DNA from: Ginglymostoma cirratum
Taxonomy: Eukaryota
Reading direction: 5' to 3'
DNA: 64,000 bases
Assembly: GCA_024137785.1 (NCBI GenBank)
Contig: JAHRHZ010000016.1
Location: forward strand, 32,829,962 to 32,893,961
The position numbers were made by a program, and so were the translations under genes. This document shows, piece after piece, positions 21,430 through 34,279 of the stretch. The notes under the pieces are model-generated. The model was given only the letters and a program-made list of their open reading frames with translations. It had not been told where the DNA came from and made no database searches. How positions within the stretch are numbered: the first letter of the stretch is position 1; each line of letters starts with the position of its first letter.

Positions 21430-24004
21430 TAAATTTTACATATTTGTTTCTGTGTAAATAGGTTGCAACTGCCTAATAGACACATAATTTCGTTCGGTGC
21501 ATGCAATTTTATCTTAGAGAAAAATGGCATGTTGTCTTACTGCTTTAAGAGCTGAATATGATAATAATGTAAAAATCCACCAGAAGGTACGACAAGGCCA
21601 GCAGCCATGATGAGTCTGAGTATCAACATTACAGGCTAAAGATACGTAGAGAAATTGCTCTCACTGCAAGTTGTCAGTTTGTCTGCTAAGTAAACCTTTT
21701 AAGTAAACTGAACTATGCTACTTACAAATCCAGCATTGGGGTGGGAATTCTGTGTTAAGAAACATAACACCAGAATGCAATAATGGATACCTACCAGAAT
21801 AATGATTTTTGCTCTCACTAGCCCTGATCTTGTTTCTTCAGGTGCCTTTTCATTCTCTGTGCCCAGAGGCAGAATTTCCCCAATCTCAAGACAGTGGGTG
21901 TGAAAGCAATGGGGGGGTCCCTTGGCAGTGAGCTGTGATCATAGGAGTCCTTGACACATTCTGTCACTGGGGAATGTCCTAAAAACAGCGCAGAATATTG
22001 ATATGCTAGAGGTGAGTGGCCAATTTAAATTCAGAGCAATTGGAATGGCCTGTTGGAATGTTACCAGTGGTGGAGCAGCTCTGTGGTCCACACATGGGAA
22101 CTATCACCTCACTGGAGCCAGTCTTCCTGCAATAGAGTGGGGGCCCATGAGATCCAAAGGTTCCATGCTCAAAAGACAGGACATCCAGCAGCCGAAGACC
22201 TGCCACCTGAGGGTTCTCTGCACCAAGTAATCTGCTTGCTTGGCATCTCTGAACTTTTGCTTTAAATGTACATCTTGGGGTCTTTATTTTCAGCCTGCCT
22301 CAGTAATGCCCATTTCACAGACTGGGCCAATTGCATTGGGAGCCTTCCTGTTGTCCTCAGATGGTGTGATTGGAGATGATCAATTAATAGGCTATCTCCA
22401 AAAAGATAGCTCCTTCTTGGGTTGAGAAACATTTTAGCCATGATTGAATAATGGAGCAGACTCAATAGGCCAAATGGCCTCATTTTGCTCCTTTATCTTA
22501 CGGTATTATGGTCTTGGTGCCTGACAAGCGTCAGCTGGTGAAACCTAGCATCAAGGTTTTAAAATCTGTGGGGGAAATGCAGCTTCACATATTTGCCATG
22601 TGAACAGTGAACTCCTGTCTACCATTCTCAACTTTGTTCAATAAACCATTGGCTTATCAGGTAAATAGCCAAATGAGTGGAGAGACATTCTACTGTAATG
22701 AGGGATGAAGGGTGCCAACAGCATTGTTTCAGATGTGTTTTCTAATTAGTCCAGTTTCTTTTAACTTGAATCCCTTACATTGGGATCATGAGGGGTTAAC
22801 TCTATACCACAGGACAGTTAATCTTGAGGCTGTTTGTTTTTCAAGCAAAAGACGAAAAGTGTAATAATTGCTAATATAAGAAAATACATAAAAGAGAAGA
22901 GGGCAATTAAGAACGTGTCTCCAGGAATGGGTGAAGTGATCATTTCTGCTGAATGGCTTCATTTTGCCTGTAATAGGTTTTATCTCCGCTAATATAGATA
23001 GGAAGTACCTGAGACACCTGCGGCCTATATTACACAACGCCAGACTGTTTATGACCTCCAAAGCTCTGTAAATCCAAAGGGTGAAAGTGGGGGAGGGGTG
23101 TTAGTGTCTGGTGAAAATACTGTAAGGACCAAGCCTCCTGGATAATATTATTTCAGCTCTCATTCCCCTGTTGATTCTTTGAGATTCATTAGCTACTTTC
23201 ATCAGTATCGGAAGTTAGACTTATTACCCTTTTTAATTTAACAAAATTAGCCTGGAGACACCAGTTATAATTCTTCATAAGTGGAATTTTAAATCACCAA
23301 TGTGCTTGATACTTTGCCTTGTGGGCATTGAACATAAATTTATGCAGTATCCTATTAAAAAAGCAAAAAACATCTGAAGTTGCTTCCACTGTTTGTAGCC
23401 TAGAATATTCAGTGGGGGATCCAACATTTATTCCCGACTGCCTACATGAACATATCTACTTTCACGCTAACTCGAGGTTAAATGCATGTTTTATATGGAG
23501 TCACCTTTTCAACCTTTAAACATTTACCAAAGGGATACCAAGAATTTTTTGACAAACCTCCTCTCTCCTGTTCTATTATATTGCTCTTTATCAGTTATGA
23601 ACATGCTCAAAAAGAATCTGAGATGATTTTAGGTCAATATCATTGTGCTTCTTTGTGGGCAGAATGGAATAGTGAAATCTATTGGTTAGGCTTTATCTGA
23701 GCAGCATTTAGAGTCATAAAATTGGGCATACCCAGGTCCAGAAAGGGGGAAATGACCCCTGTATCTGATCACTATCCTGTGATCCAGACCAAACAGCGCA
23801 TGGTTAAATATACAGAGAGGGCCAAATCAGTTCAAATGGCATGTCTTAGAGATGCTTGGTTCCATTTTTTAATGGACCTAATGAACAGTTTGGCAGGTCA
23901 GTGATCAGTCTGAACTCTCAAAAGGTTGAGAACAGAAGGTGTGGTCCCCAGTCACAAGTTCCTAAATTGAGTGGAAGACCTGGTTAAAATACATAGGCAG
24001 TTTA

Positions 24005-24676
24005 AGAAAAAGGAGTAGGTGTAGGACATGTAGTGTTTCGAACTAGCTTTGCCAATCAATAAAATGGTGGTTGGCCTGATCCATCAACTCCATTCTCCTA
24101 AATATTCAGAAATATTTCAAACTCAGCTTTGAGTTTACTCAATGACTGAGCATGCTGACCGTCAGGCAGGGAATCTTATAGGTTCACAACCCCAAATGAA
24201 GAAATTTCTCTCAATGTCCTAAATGACCAGCCTCATAGCCTGAGATAATGACTAGTTCTAGGCTCCTGAGACAAGGGAATCCACCTCACAGTATCTACCC
24301 TCAGTAGAGTTTTATGTGTTTCCATTAAAGCACTTTTCATTTTTCTAAACTTGAAGAATGGGTTGAGCTCCCATTAAAACCCATTTACTTACTCTCTGCT
24401 TGGAGGACAGTTCTCTTATCCGGAGAATCAATTTAGTGAACATTTGTTGCACCATCTCTCTCAGTCAAGTATATTCATTCTTAGGTAAGGAGACCAAAAC
24501 TTATCCTACAAGTGTGGGCTCACCAAACCACTATACAGGTACAGCAAGACTTCCTTACTTCATACTGCAGCTCCCTTGCAATAAAGGCAAGCGTACCATT
24601 GCAGTCCTGATTGCTTGCTGTTCCTGAATGCTAGTTTTCTTTGAATTATGAATAAGGACACTCAAAGTCCTCTGAA
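24005..24676 (-). mobile_element. Old CR1 3' fragment
   Basis: Colinear with the 3' portion of the CR1 copy at 6020-6760. Confidence 0.65.
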
Positions 24677-26515
24677 TCTCAACACATACCAGTATCTCAC
24701 TTATGGCTGAACCAGGAAATCCACTGTCTCCTGAAGACCAGACGCGCAGCATTCAAGTCGGACAACACAGGCCTATACAGAAAATCCAGATATGATTTCC
24801 GCAAAGCTATCAGAAATGCCAAGAGGCAGTACTGGACTAAGGTTGAGGCCCAAACCAACCACATGAACATCCACTGCCTGTGGCAAGGCCTACACAACAT
24901 AATGGAATACAAGATGAAGCAGAACAAGATAGCAGACAAAAACACATCCCCCACTGATGCGCTCAATGCTTTGATCGCTCGGTTTGAGCAGAGTGCCAGC
25001 ATCACAGTATCACCTGCCCCGGCAGCCCCAGATATACCTGTTCCGTCAGTCACCACTGCAGACACCAGATCGATCTTCCTGAGAGTCAACCCAAGGAAAG
25101 CGATGGACACAGGCAGAGTGCCCAGTCATGCACTTAGATCCTGTGCAGATCAGCTGGCGGGGGTATTCACCAACATCTTCCAGCTCTCCCTCCTACTAGC
25201 CGAAGTCCCCACCTACTTTGAGAAGACCACCATCATCCCAATACCCAAAAAAGCACATGCAAAGTGCCTTAATGACTACCACCCAGTGGCTTTGACATCC
25301 ATAATTGTGAAGTGTTTCGAGAGTCTGGTCATGGCCCACATCAACTCTATTCTCCCAGCTTGCCTTGATCCCCAGCAATTTGCCTATTGACATAACAGGT
25401 TCACTGTGGATGCCATTTCCCTAGCCCTGCACTCATTCCTGGAGTATGTGGACAACAAGGGCACCTACCTCAGACTCCTACTCATTGAATACAGCTCTGC
25501 CTTCAACACCATAATCCACCCCAGACTAATCTCAAAACTCTGAGACCTAGGTCTTGGCTCTGCCCTCTGTGACTAGATCCTCAGCTTCCTGACCCAGAGA
25601 CAACAATCAGTGAAGATCAACAACTGCACTGCCTCCACGATAACCCACTACTCTGGAGCCCTGCAAGGATGTGTTTTCAGTCCCCGACTGTACTCCCTGT
25701 ACAACCACGACTGTAAGAGAGGAGATAAAGCACTTGGTGTCAAGGTGCAACAGTAACAACCTCTCTCTCAATGTTGGCGAAACTAAAGAACGAATCATTG
25801 ACTTCAAGAAGAAAGGAATAGGACATGTCCCCATCTACATCAACAGAGCGGAGGTCAAGAGGATTGAGATAGTCAGGTTCCTCGGAGTGACCATAACCGA
25901 CAACCCGTCCTGGACTTACCACGTAGATGCGATGGTAAAGAAGGCACAACAACACCTCTTCTCCCTCGGGCAGCTTAGGAAATTCAGCCTATCAATACAG
26001 ACCCTCACCAACTTTTACAGATGCAACATAGGAAGCATACAATCCGATTGCATAGCAGTTCTGCCTAGGACCATAAAAAATTACAGAAGTTTGTGTGCAC
26101 AGCCCAGACCACCACAATAGCCAACCTCCCATCCATGAACTCCATTTACACTTCTCGTTGCTGCTGAAAGGCTGCCTACATCATCAAAGATCCCTCCCAA
26201 CCCAGTAATGCTCTCCTACAATCTCTTCCATCGAGCAGAAGATACAGATGCTGAACCCACACATCAACAGGTTCAAGAACAGCTTCTTCCCTGCCACTAT
26301 GAGACTGATGAATGGAGTTTAGAACTTCAAATAATGTTGATCTTGTGCATGTTGATCTTACTTTGCCCACCTCCTGTGCAGTTGTAACCTGTATGCCTCG
26401 GTCTAAGTACCCAATGCTCTGTATGTCCTGTTTGCTGTGGTCTGCCTGTACTGGTCACAAAACAAAGCTTTTCACTGTACTTAGATACAAGTGACTACAA
26501 TAAATCAAACCAAAT
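24677..26515 (+). mobile_element. Rex1/Babar-clade LINE, 5'-truncated and decayed
   Basis: [59 protein letters not shown] and GALQGCVFSP peptides; tail TTTTCACTGTAC...AATAAATCAAA. The RT catalytic segment is deleted. Confidence 0.92.
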
Positions 26516-26534
26516 AAAAATACTTGCCTCTTTC

Positions 26535-28110
26535 AGCCAAAGTTAATTGTGAGCACTCTGCATAGTCAACTCAACTGCCCTTAAGTTCCCAGACGAGGAA
26601 GTTGGTGATGGGCTCTAACCTTAATGATGTCATTTTCATGGCCTTGGGCAGTTTGGAGATTGCATTTGAGCAGGGGTGCAGCTGGTAATGGTTTCCCGTC
26701 TGCCAAGCTGAATCCTCTAGCTTCCCACAGTGGCAGGAAGTTAGTTAAACTGTTGCAGACATACGTGCTGTCTAAAAGTATGTCTGCTGATGGGGGGCAT
26801 TTTTCCGACTGGTTGATGAAGTAAGCTATGGCTGCTAGCTCAGCAGCCCTAGTGCAGGGGACTTTCAGTGTTAACTCTTTTAGGGGTTCGTCTCTGTGGT
26901 TCTCCATATGCATACCACATTCTGTCTTTCAGTGCCCATCCTTCACCGTAGAAGATCCATCTATGAATATTCTTATGGGGCATCTCTTTCGTGCTCCCCA
27001 GGTTCCCTTGGGTTTTCCCTTGTTTTGTTTTGGCACAAATGGTCCCCTGGGGATATTTGTTACCACTATCTTACACTCCTGGAGTTCTCCTCTGTAGCTC
27101 TAGTTGTTGGCTAGAGAGGTGGGCACTTTGGTACATTTCATAACAATGTCACGACTCTGTCACATTAAGGCCCAGTGCGTTAAGTGGTTTTGGCTGACCG
27201 TACCATCTTTAACCCTGCCATCCAGCAAAAGTTGAATGGAAGTGTGCTGTCTCTGAATGGTTAGGGATTCAAATCAATAATATTGGCAAATTGTTGTACT
27301 GTATGTAACATGGTTAGCAAGTGCTTCTCATGTGTAGAGAATCCCTGCTCTCCTGGTGAAAGAGTCCAGGAAGTATAGGCTACCAGTCTGAGTTTATTTT
27401 GTCATTCTTGAAGAAGTGCAGCTGCCAGTGTGACATCTGTGGCTGCAACTTTTAAGGTGGAGGGAAGATCTGGGTCGGGTACCTGCACTGTGGGAGCCTG
27501 TGCTAAGGTGTGTTGTAATTCAGCAACAGCACCCTTACGCTGTCCAGTCCATTCCCGCACAGCATTCTTTTAAGGATGTCGGAGAGTGGGATAAGTTTAC
27601 TGGTCAAATCATCAATGTGGTTCTGACAATATCCCACTGAGCTCAAGAAGGAATATCCCTGGGGAGGAGCCAAAGTGTTATGTCCTCAATGTACTTCCTT
27701 TCTATCTCATGTTTCCCCCGAGTTATCAATGTTGCCCAAGTATGAGACCTAGGACCTCATGATCTTTGCCTTAACTTTTAGTCCTAAGGCAATGAGGAGA
27801 GTTAACAGTTCCTTTAACAGTGTCAAATGTTCAGTCCTTCACTCTGTCTGCTGGAGGAGATCATCCATGGACTATACCAAACAGGCCAGACGAGAAACTT
27901 CTCTAACCCTTTAACCAGCCTCTGATGAAATATTGATGGAACATTATGAAAACCCTGGGGCAAGCAGGTCCATATGTGTTGCTGGCCCTAAAATGTGAGG
28001 GTGAATTTATATTGGCAGCTTTGGTGGAAAGGGGTGAACCAAAATCCATTACTAATGGCCAGTACGGTGAAATATTTTGCTTATGGTACCTTGTCTCATT
28101 ATGATTAGCT
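26535..28110 (-). pseudogene. Endogenous retrovirus-like pol (RT - tether - RNase H), loki/spuma-like, decayed
   Basis: Minus-strand peptides: AKYFTVLAISNGFW, HIWTCLPQGFHNVPSIFHQ, CLV*SMDDLL (YVDD position), SFLSSVGYC, tether QAPTVQVPDP...VAYTSWTLSPGEQGFSTHEKHLL, and RNase H IFIDGSS, AAELAAI, DSTYVCN, WEARGF, IIKVRAH, GNLRAVEL. Confidence 0.85.
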
Positions 28111-29279
28111 CCATACCTCTGAGAAAGGGTATTTCCCACAAGATCCATGTATTTGAGCTGGGCCTTTACTCCGTGACGCAGAACTGGCTCACTTCCACGA
28201 AGATGGGTCTTGCAGGTCAGGGTAGATCTTCTCCTGGGTTTTCTTGGGTTGCTGCATGATGTTCTGGCATGACTCTTGCTGTAAGAGGGCAACTTCCAGG
28301 TGTTTGTTTTTATCCCCCTCATCCAGATCCTTCTAGAATGTTCTGTGACCTTTTGCCAATGTGGTCATGAGCTGAGTTCAAAGTGTCGAGTAGAATCATG
28401 CCAAAACCCTTTACTGTTGCCATGTGAGGGAGGTGTCAAGTGCACATACTCAGGAATTGGCTGGAAGTCAAGGTGCCAGAAAGTTTGATTGATTCTTCTT
28501 CAATACACGACCTTGGGTTGGTTATAACTCATACCCCTTGTACCTTTGTGACCTCTTTGACCTTGGTTTCCACTGTTCTCTCTAGCTGATAACTGTTGGC
28601 TGCTATGTAATTTAGTTTAGGTAATTTTCTGTCGGGTCTGATCTATTCAGCTGTGGGCCAATTTAGAATGTCCAAATTTAGACCCGTGGTTGCTTGACAA
28701 CATTCTTCATGGAAACAAAGTGTGTCTTCCTTGCTGCTATATCCACACCTATAGCTATTTTTTTGTTTCTAACGTAATGTGTTGACCCAAGGCCTTGCCA
28801 GAGGCCATGTCTGTGCTGACAGAGCGAACACAACACCAAAGCTGGACATTGTGGTGTCTTTATATGCACTGTATCTGTCCAACATCTAGGTTCTCCTTAT
28901 TAAATGTTAAAAAATAAGTTAGTAGGTCTGTTCAGACAATGACAAGTTGTATTTCTGGGGCCAAAATGCACAAAATGTAAGCAAACCAAGCACTGGACTC
29001 CTTTATATAACTTTAACAATGTGAAACAAGTTCTTAGGAATCAGAATCAGGGGCTTCAATAATGGCAACACAGATCCCAACAGAAGAGGAATGTGAGGCT
29101 TAGTTCCTCTATTTTGACCGCCACAAGAATACTTTCTTCTCCATTCATGAAAGGGTTATGTTTGATGCCAACTTTGGTTCATTTTCAGTCTGAACTCTCA
29201 CTGTTTCCATGGAATAAATGTTATATTTGAGTGCTGTACCAATTCCGGTATAGGATTCAGTCATTGTTGCCACAATACT

Positions 29280-29700
29280 GATGATATCAGATTTCAAGGG
29301 TATTGCCTTGTCTGAAATTAAGCAGCACAGCCGCTGATGGATTCCAGAGTCACATCAGCCTAACTCCAGAGTCACACTGATTCTGTGCGAAAATACACTG
29401 ACGGATAAATTCTCTGCCACTTTTACAATGAGATCATTCATCAGTCTTTCCTCATTTGGTTGTTAACCCATGGAAATGGTAATTCACAATTCCTTGAAGA
29501 AAATGTGCACAGAAACACTGATCTCTCTTACTGCCCGAAATACAGAGAAGCAAAAGGCAAGGTCAGTTGGCCAAACTATTGACTGACAGGATCAGTTCTA
29601 CAATGACTCTATAGCCTTGTCGTACCATACTTACACATAGAAACCTGCCTGCAGAGCATCTGGTGAATTGTTTGAAGCATGTCTGAGAATTGCCTTTATT
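29280..29700 (+). mobile_element. Very decayed Gypsy integrase-like remnant
   Basis: PMEMVIHNS resembles P..VVSDNG, and ALSYHT..PAEHL..LRI resembles ALL.YR.TP..PAELL..LRT, across frameshifts. Confidence 0.3.
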
Positions 29701-31573
29701 TTGCCATGGTTCTTAGATTACTGCTTTGCGTTAAATAGAGCAGTTGATTTCTCTGACTGTTTTCTCCTTCCAATCCTTGGTTGGGGTGGGGGGTAGTGGG
29801 AGGGACATTCATGTTGAACATGAACATTAATATTTAGTACTGAATTCCATCACACAATGCCTCCAGACATTTTTGCTTTTTAACATTTTCTAGTATATTT
29901 TTGGTCTGTCAACTCATTTCATGTTTATGTAAATGGTAATTCCAGTTACAAAAATAGTGTATTGAAAAGTCTCGCATTGCATATCAGTCTGCACTCCACT
30001 GTGTAATCAGATAACAAGGCACACCGGAAAATGACCACTGCATTTGTGATTTATTATCATGTATAAATTGTATAGTGGTCATCTTCTGAATAAACAGGTT
30101 AAAAATTCAGCAAGGCTCATGAGCTTCAATGCTTATATTTAAGTGTATTGATCTAATAGGGCTGTTTGGAGAAATGCAGTTTTAATAAGGAATAGTCCCA
30201 TAGGACTTGTGAGAAACTTTAAAAGTATTTGGTGTTCTAATTTTTAACTCTGATGATGCTATGACAAATGTTAACCTCAGTATTAGTTTGTACTATCTAT
30301 ACCTCGACCATCCCTTGTATCCGTCTGTGTACAATAGCCATGATTCAAAAGACTAGGATCATGCCCTCCATCTAGCCACTTTTTTTCCAAATAAATAAGT
30401 TTAGATTTGTAAATTTCCATTCATACTTTAGAAATTCCCTGTTCCATACTCAAATAATAAGGCAAGATATTCAGATTTAACACCAGATACTGTGAAAGTG
30501 CTTTCCAGTACTTGCTTACCTGTGTGATGGGAGGAAGAAGTTCCTAAGAGATATAGACAGATTAAGTGAGAAGGTAAATTGCTACTGATGGACTAATTTG
30601 TGAAGCAGTCTTAGACCATACACTTTGAATTCATATTTTCTTCATAAGGGGAGCAACTGTGATTTGTGGAGGAGCAAGGGAATTGGGTTGTTTGCATACA
30701 CAGACCACTGGAAGCTCATGCACCATGACAAAATTTAATTGGAAACTCTATTTGAACCTTAACGTTGATCAAAATTGTGTTGAAATTGAAATGTGCAGAA
30801 TAGATGTTTCAGTTTGACACAGTCCTGGTCCCACTCCACTTGGAATACTACTTTCATTTTTGGCACTATAATTCAGAAAAACATATTTGCCTTGGAAGGA
30901 TTGCATTATCTGTATGTCTGATGTTTTAGTTTGATTGCATCTAGAAGTGAGGCTGATAAAGATTGTAGGAGGCTTTGTGTTGGTAAACATTATGGGCAGA
31001 ATCTTACATGGGTCTGAGCAACAAAGTCAACAGTGAAATTTGTAGCGGAATCAGATGAGAAGTCAGGCAAAGCTAATCTTGATGTCGGGAGCCTTGCATC
31101 ACCATCTTTTATAATTTTGCTAAGTAGCAGGACATGTTTCTCTCAAGGCAGCAGTGAGTTGTCAATTATGCTACCATTGGTCACTGGCCAAAAGGCTTCA
31201 GATAGGTGATTAACACAGCATCGATTAGCAGCACCCAAATTAAGATCTATTTATAGGGGTAGGTGGGATGTGAGTAGACAGAGAGAGAGGGAGAGAGGAT
31301 CCAGGGGAGAAAGCCATCACCTTCTTGGGAGAAGGCCAGGAGTTCCCCTACATTAACCTGAGGGCAGAATAAAGATTGTTACCACTGAAGACTACCACCA
31401 AAGAAAACCCTCCACCACGTTAAAACCATATGGGTCCACTGCCTATGCTTCTCCTTTCTACAGGACAGATTTGGGACTGATAAAGCAATCTTATCTATGA
31501 CAGGTCATACATTTCCTCTCCAATTACAAAATGCATCAAAAACAGAAATTGCTGAAGAAACTCGGCAAAAAAG

Positions 31574-31801
31574 TGAAATAATTTTACAGAGGCCGGTATC
31601 CCATCACTAAGTCACCTTTTATTTACACATGGAGAGTCCTTGACACTGACCCAGCACCCCTCAGAGCCAACTTTCAGAAAGAACAGGATATCTGACACTC
31701 CTGTTCTTATCTGTCAGCCAGGGCTCCCTGATTGGATCACATTAACAACTCCTATCAGAGTACTCATGTTCGATGAGTTGCACTTGGCTGACTTCATTAC
31801 A
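31574..31801 (-). mobile_element. Probable solo LTR
   Basis: TG...CA termini; the minus strand starts TGTAATGA and carries CCAAT and AATAAA. It interrupts a Penelope-derived short element. No TSD seen. Confidence 0.5.
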
Positions 31802-31884
31802 ATCATTGCAGGAAGCAGAATTAACATTTCGACTTTGGTGACTCTTCACCAGAAATCTCTTTGTTTTTTTTTATTACATTATGT

Positions 31885-32855
31885 TTCTGCTGTTTGTGAT
31901 ATATATAATGACATAGATGAAAATGTAAATGTGTGGGTTAATAAGTTTGCAGACGATACAAAGTTGTGAATAGTGTAGAAGTTTGTCAAAGGATACAGCG
32001 AGATATAGATCTGTTGCAGATTTGGGTGGAGAAATGGCAGATGGTGTTTAATCAGGGTAAGTGTGAGGAGGTGCTGCACTTTGGGAGATCAAGTGTTAAG
32101 GAAAAGTATACAGTTAATGACAGGACTCTGAACAGCATTGATGTACAGAAGAATCTTTGGGTTCAAGTCAATAGCTCCCTGAAAGTGGCCACGCAAGTAG
32201 ATAGGGTAGTAAAGAAGGCATATGACATGCTTACCTTTATTGGCCAGAGAACTGAATACAAGAGTCAGGATGACACGTTGCAGCTTTATAAGACTTTGGT
32301 TAGGCCACGCACTTAGAGTATCATGTTCAATTCTGGTCACCACATTACAGGAAGGACGTGGAGGCTTTGGAGAGGGTGCAGAAGAGATTTCCCAGGATGC
32401 TTCCTAGGTTAGAGGGTATGAGCTATATGGAGAGGCTAGCAAAACTCGGGTTGTTTTCTCTTGAGTAGCAGAGGCTGAGGGGAGACTTTATAGAAGTCTA
32501 TAAAATTATGAGACACACAGATAGGTTTGAAGGTCAGAACCTTTTCCCCAGAATTGAAATGTCTAGTACAAAGGGACATGCATTTATGGAAAGAGGGAGG
32601 AAGTTCAAAGGAGACGTGAAGGGCAAATTTTTTACACAGAGACTGGTAGGTGTCTGGAACACACTCTGGGGGTAGTGGATGAGGCAGATAAAATGAGGAC
32701 ATTTAAGGGACTTTTAGATAAGCACACAAATATTGAAGGAATGGAGGGATATGGACCAAGAGCAGGCAGCAGGGATTAGTTTAAATTGGCACTGTGTTCT
32801 GCATTACATCGTGGAATGAAGGGTCTGTTCCTGTGCTGTATTGTATGTTCTATGC
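31885..32855 (+). mobile_element. CR1/HER1 LINE 3' ~1 kb
   Basis: VNKFADDTKL, WVEKWQMVFNQGKCE and LYKTLVRP peptides; tail CCTGTGCTGTA..TGTTCTATG. Confidence 0.92.
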
Positions 32856-33099
32856 ACTAAGTTCTATCATACCTAATATACTGCTTCTTAACAAACTCAA
32901 TAAATGGTCTGGAAATTATTTATGAGTAGTTGTCTGCCTATATTAAATAACTGTGATCACGAATCCTGAAAACCTAACAATGATGTCAGAAGTGAGATAT
33001 CACCAAGGTAACATATGCTGAAGATTAATTGGCTTCAAACTTGAGAAACTGAGAAGCAGTGGTCTTCGATTGTAATTACACCTGTTGAGTAATTCTTAG

Positions 33100-33960
33100 G
33101 TGAAATAAGTAGGGTACAACAGGTGGTACTTGCTAGACATCAGTTGACAGAGAAGTTGTTTACAAAAACTGGGGCAGCTGGAAGGAAAGGTGTATTAGGA
33201 GAGCTAGAGGACTGTGATGGGGATTATGAATTTTTTTGTTAGACTCTCTAAGGAGGTTCAGAAAGACCAGATTAAGGTAAAGGAAGTTATCAATAAACTG
33301 GCCTTTGGGGCCATTTCTGTGCGTTACAGCTGAATAAAAAATACAAGGAGTCTAGGGAACAAATTACGAAGTTACAAAGAGAAAATGACAGCTTACATGT
33401 ACAGTAAAGAAGGGAGCTAGAAGCATGTAATGAGGCAAACTATAAAAACAAACAAATTGTGAAAATATTCAAACAAAACACTGAGTTGCGAGCAGACAAT
33501 GCAATATTGGGGGGAGAACTGGAGGATACAAGGACTACTCAGGGCAAATAAATTTGACAGTAAAGGGGTTGCTAACTCCTAAAGCAGACCACATCTTTTG
33601 TACAGCCAAAATTAAACAACTCTTGACAGAAATTAGCCAACAAAGAGCGATGATAACTGCATTTTCACATCGTAAGATAAGCAACATTGATAGGTACTGG
33701 GAAAGAAAGTGGCTTGCCTAGGGATTTCAGGTGTGTTGATACAGTAAGGTTGAAAGCAATCCCTCCCCTCACTTGTACAGTGAAGCCAAGCCATTGTGTG
33801 TGGTCACAAGATGCATGATGAAAACTGAACAAGGAGGAGGTGAGGAAGGAGCACCTGCTGTGATTAAAGAGGAGTTCACAATCACTCACAGGCCTCTGTC
33901 ACCAGCTGAGGTGAACACCTTAAGGGAAGAACTGAGTACCGCAATTGATATGAGTTCCAA
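33100..33960 (+). pseudogene. Decayed gag-like fragment with coiled-coil N-terminus
   Basis: E/K/Q-rich heptad-like stretches, ADHIFCTAKIKQLLTEISQQRAMITAF and THRPLSPAEVNTLREEL, broken by stops and frameshifts. Confidence 0.45.
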
Positions 33961-33989
33961 CATTTACCTCCTCATGTCCTTATTCTTAT

Positions 33990-34273
33990 AATCTCTACAG
34001 TGTGGAGACAGGCCCTTTGACCCAACAAGTCCACACTGACCCTCAAAGCATCCCACCCACACCCATCCCCCCTTATAACCCACCTAACCTACAAACCCAT
34101 GAACACTACAGGCAATTTAACATCACCAGTCCACCTAACCTGCACATCTTTAGACAGTGGGAGGAAACCAGAATACCCGGAGGAAACCCACACAGACACG
34201 GGGAGAATGTGCAAACTCCACACAGACAGTCGCCCGAGGGTGGAATCAAGCTTAGGCCCCTGGCACTGCCAGG
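33990..34273 (-). mobile_element. HE1 SINE, head truncated
   Basis: V-domain GGAGTTTGCACATTCTCCCCGTGTCTGTGTGGGTTTCCTCCGGG and HER1 tail on the minus strand. Confidence 0.9.
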
Positions 34274-34279
34274 TAAGGT

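Noticed and set aside
29360-29460. Minus-strand NEERLMNDLIV resembles a nicotinic receptor N-terminus
   Set aside because: Similarity ends after about 10 residues with no Y....RP motif, and the region is better explained as decayed Gypsy sequence on the plus strand.
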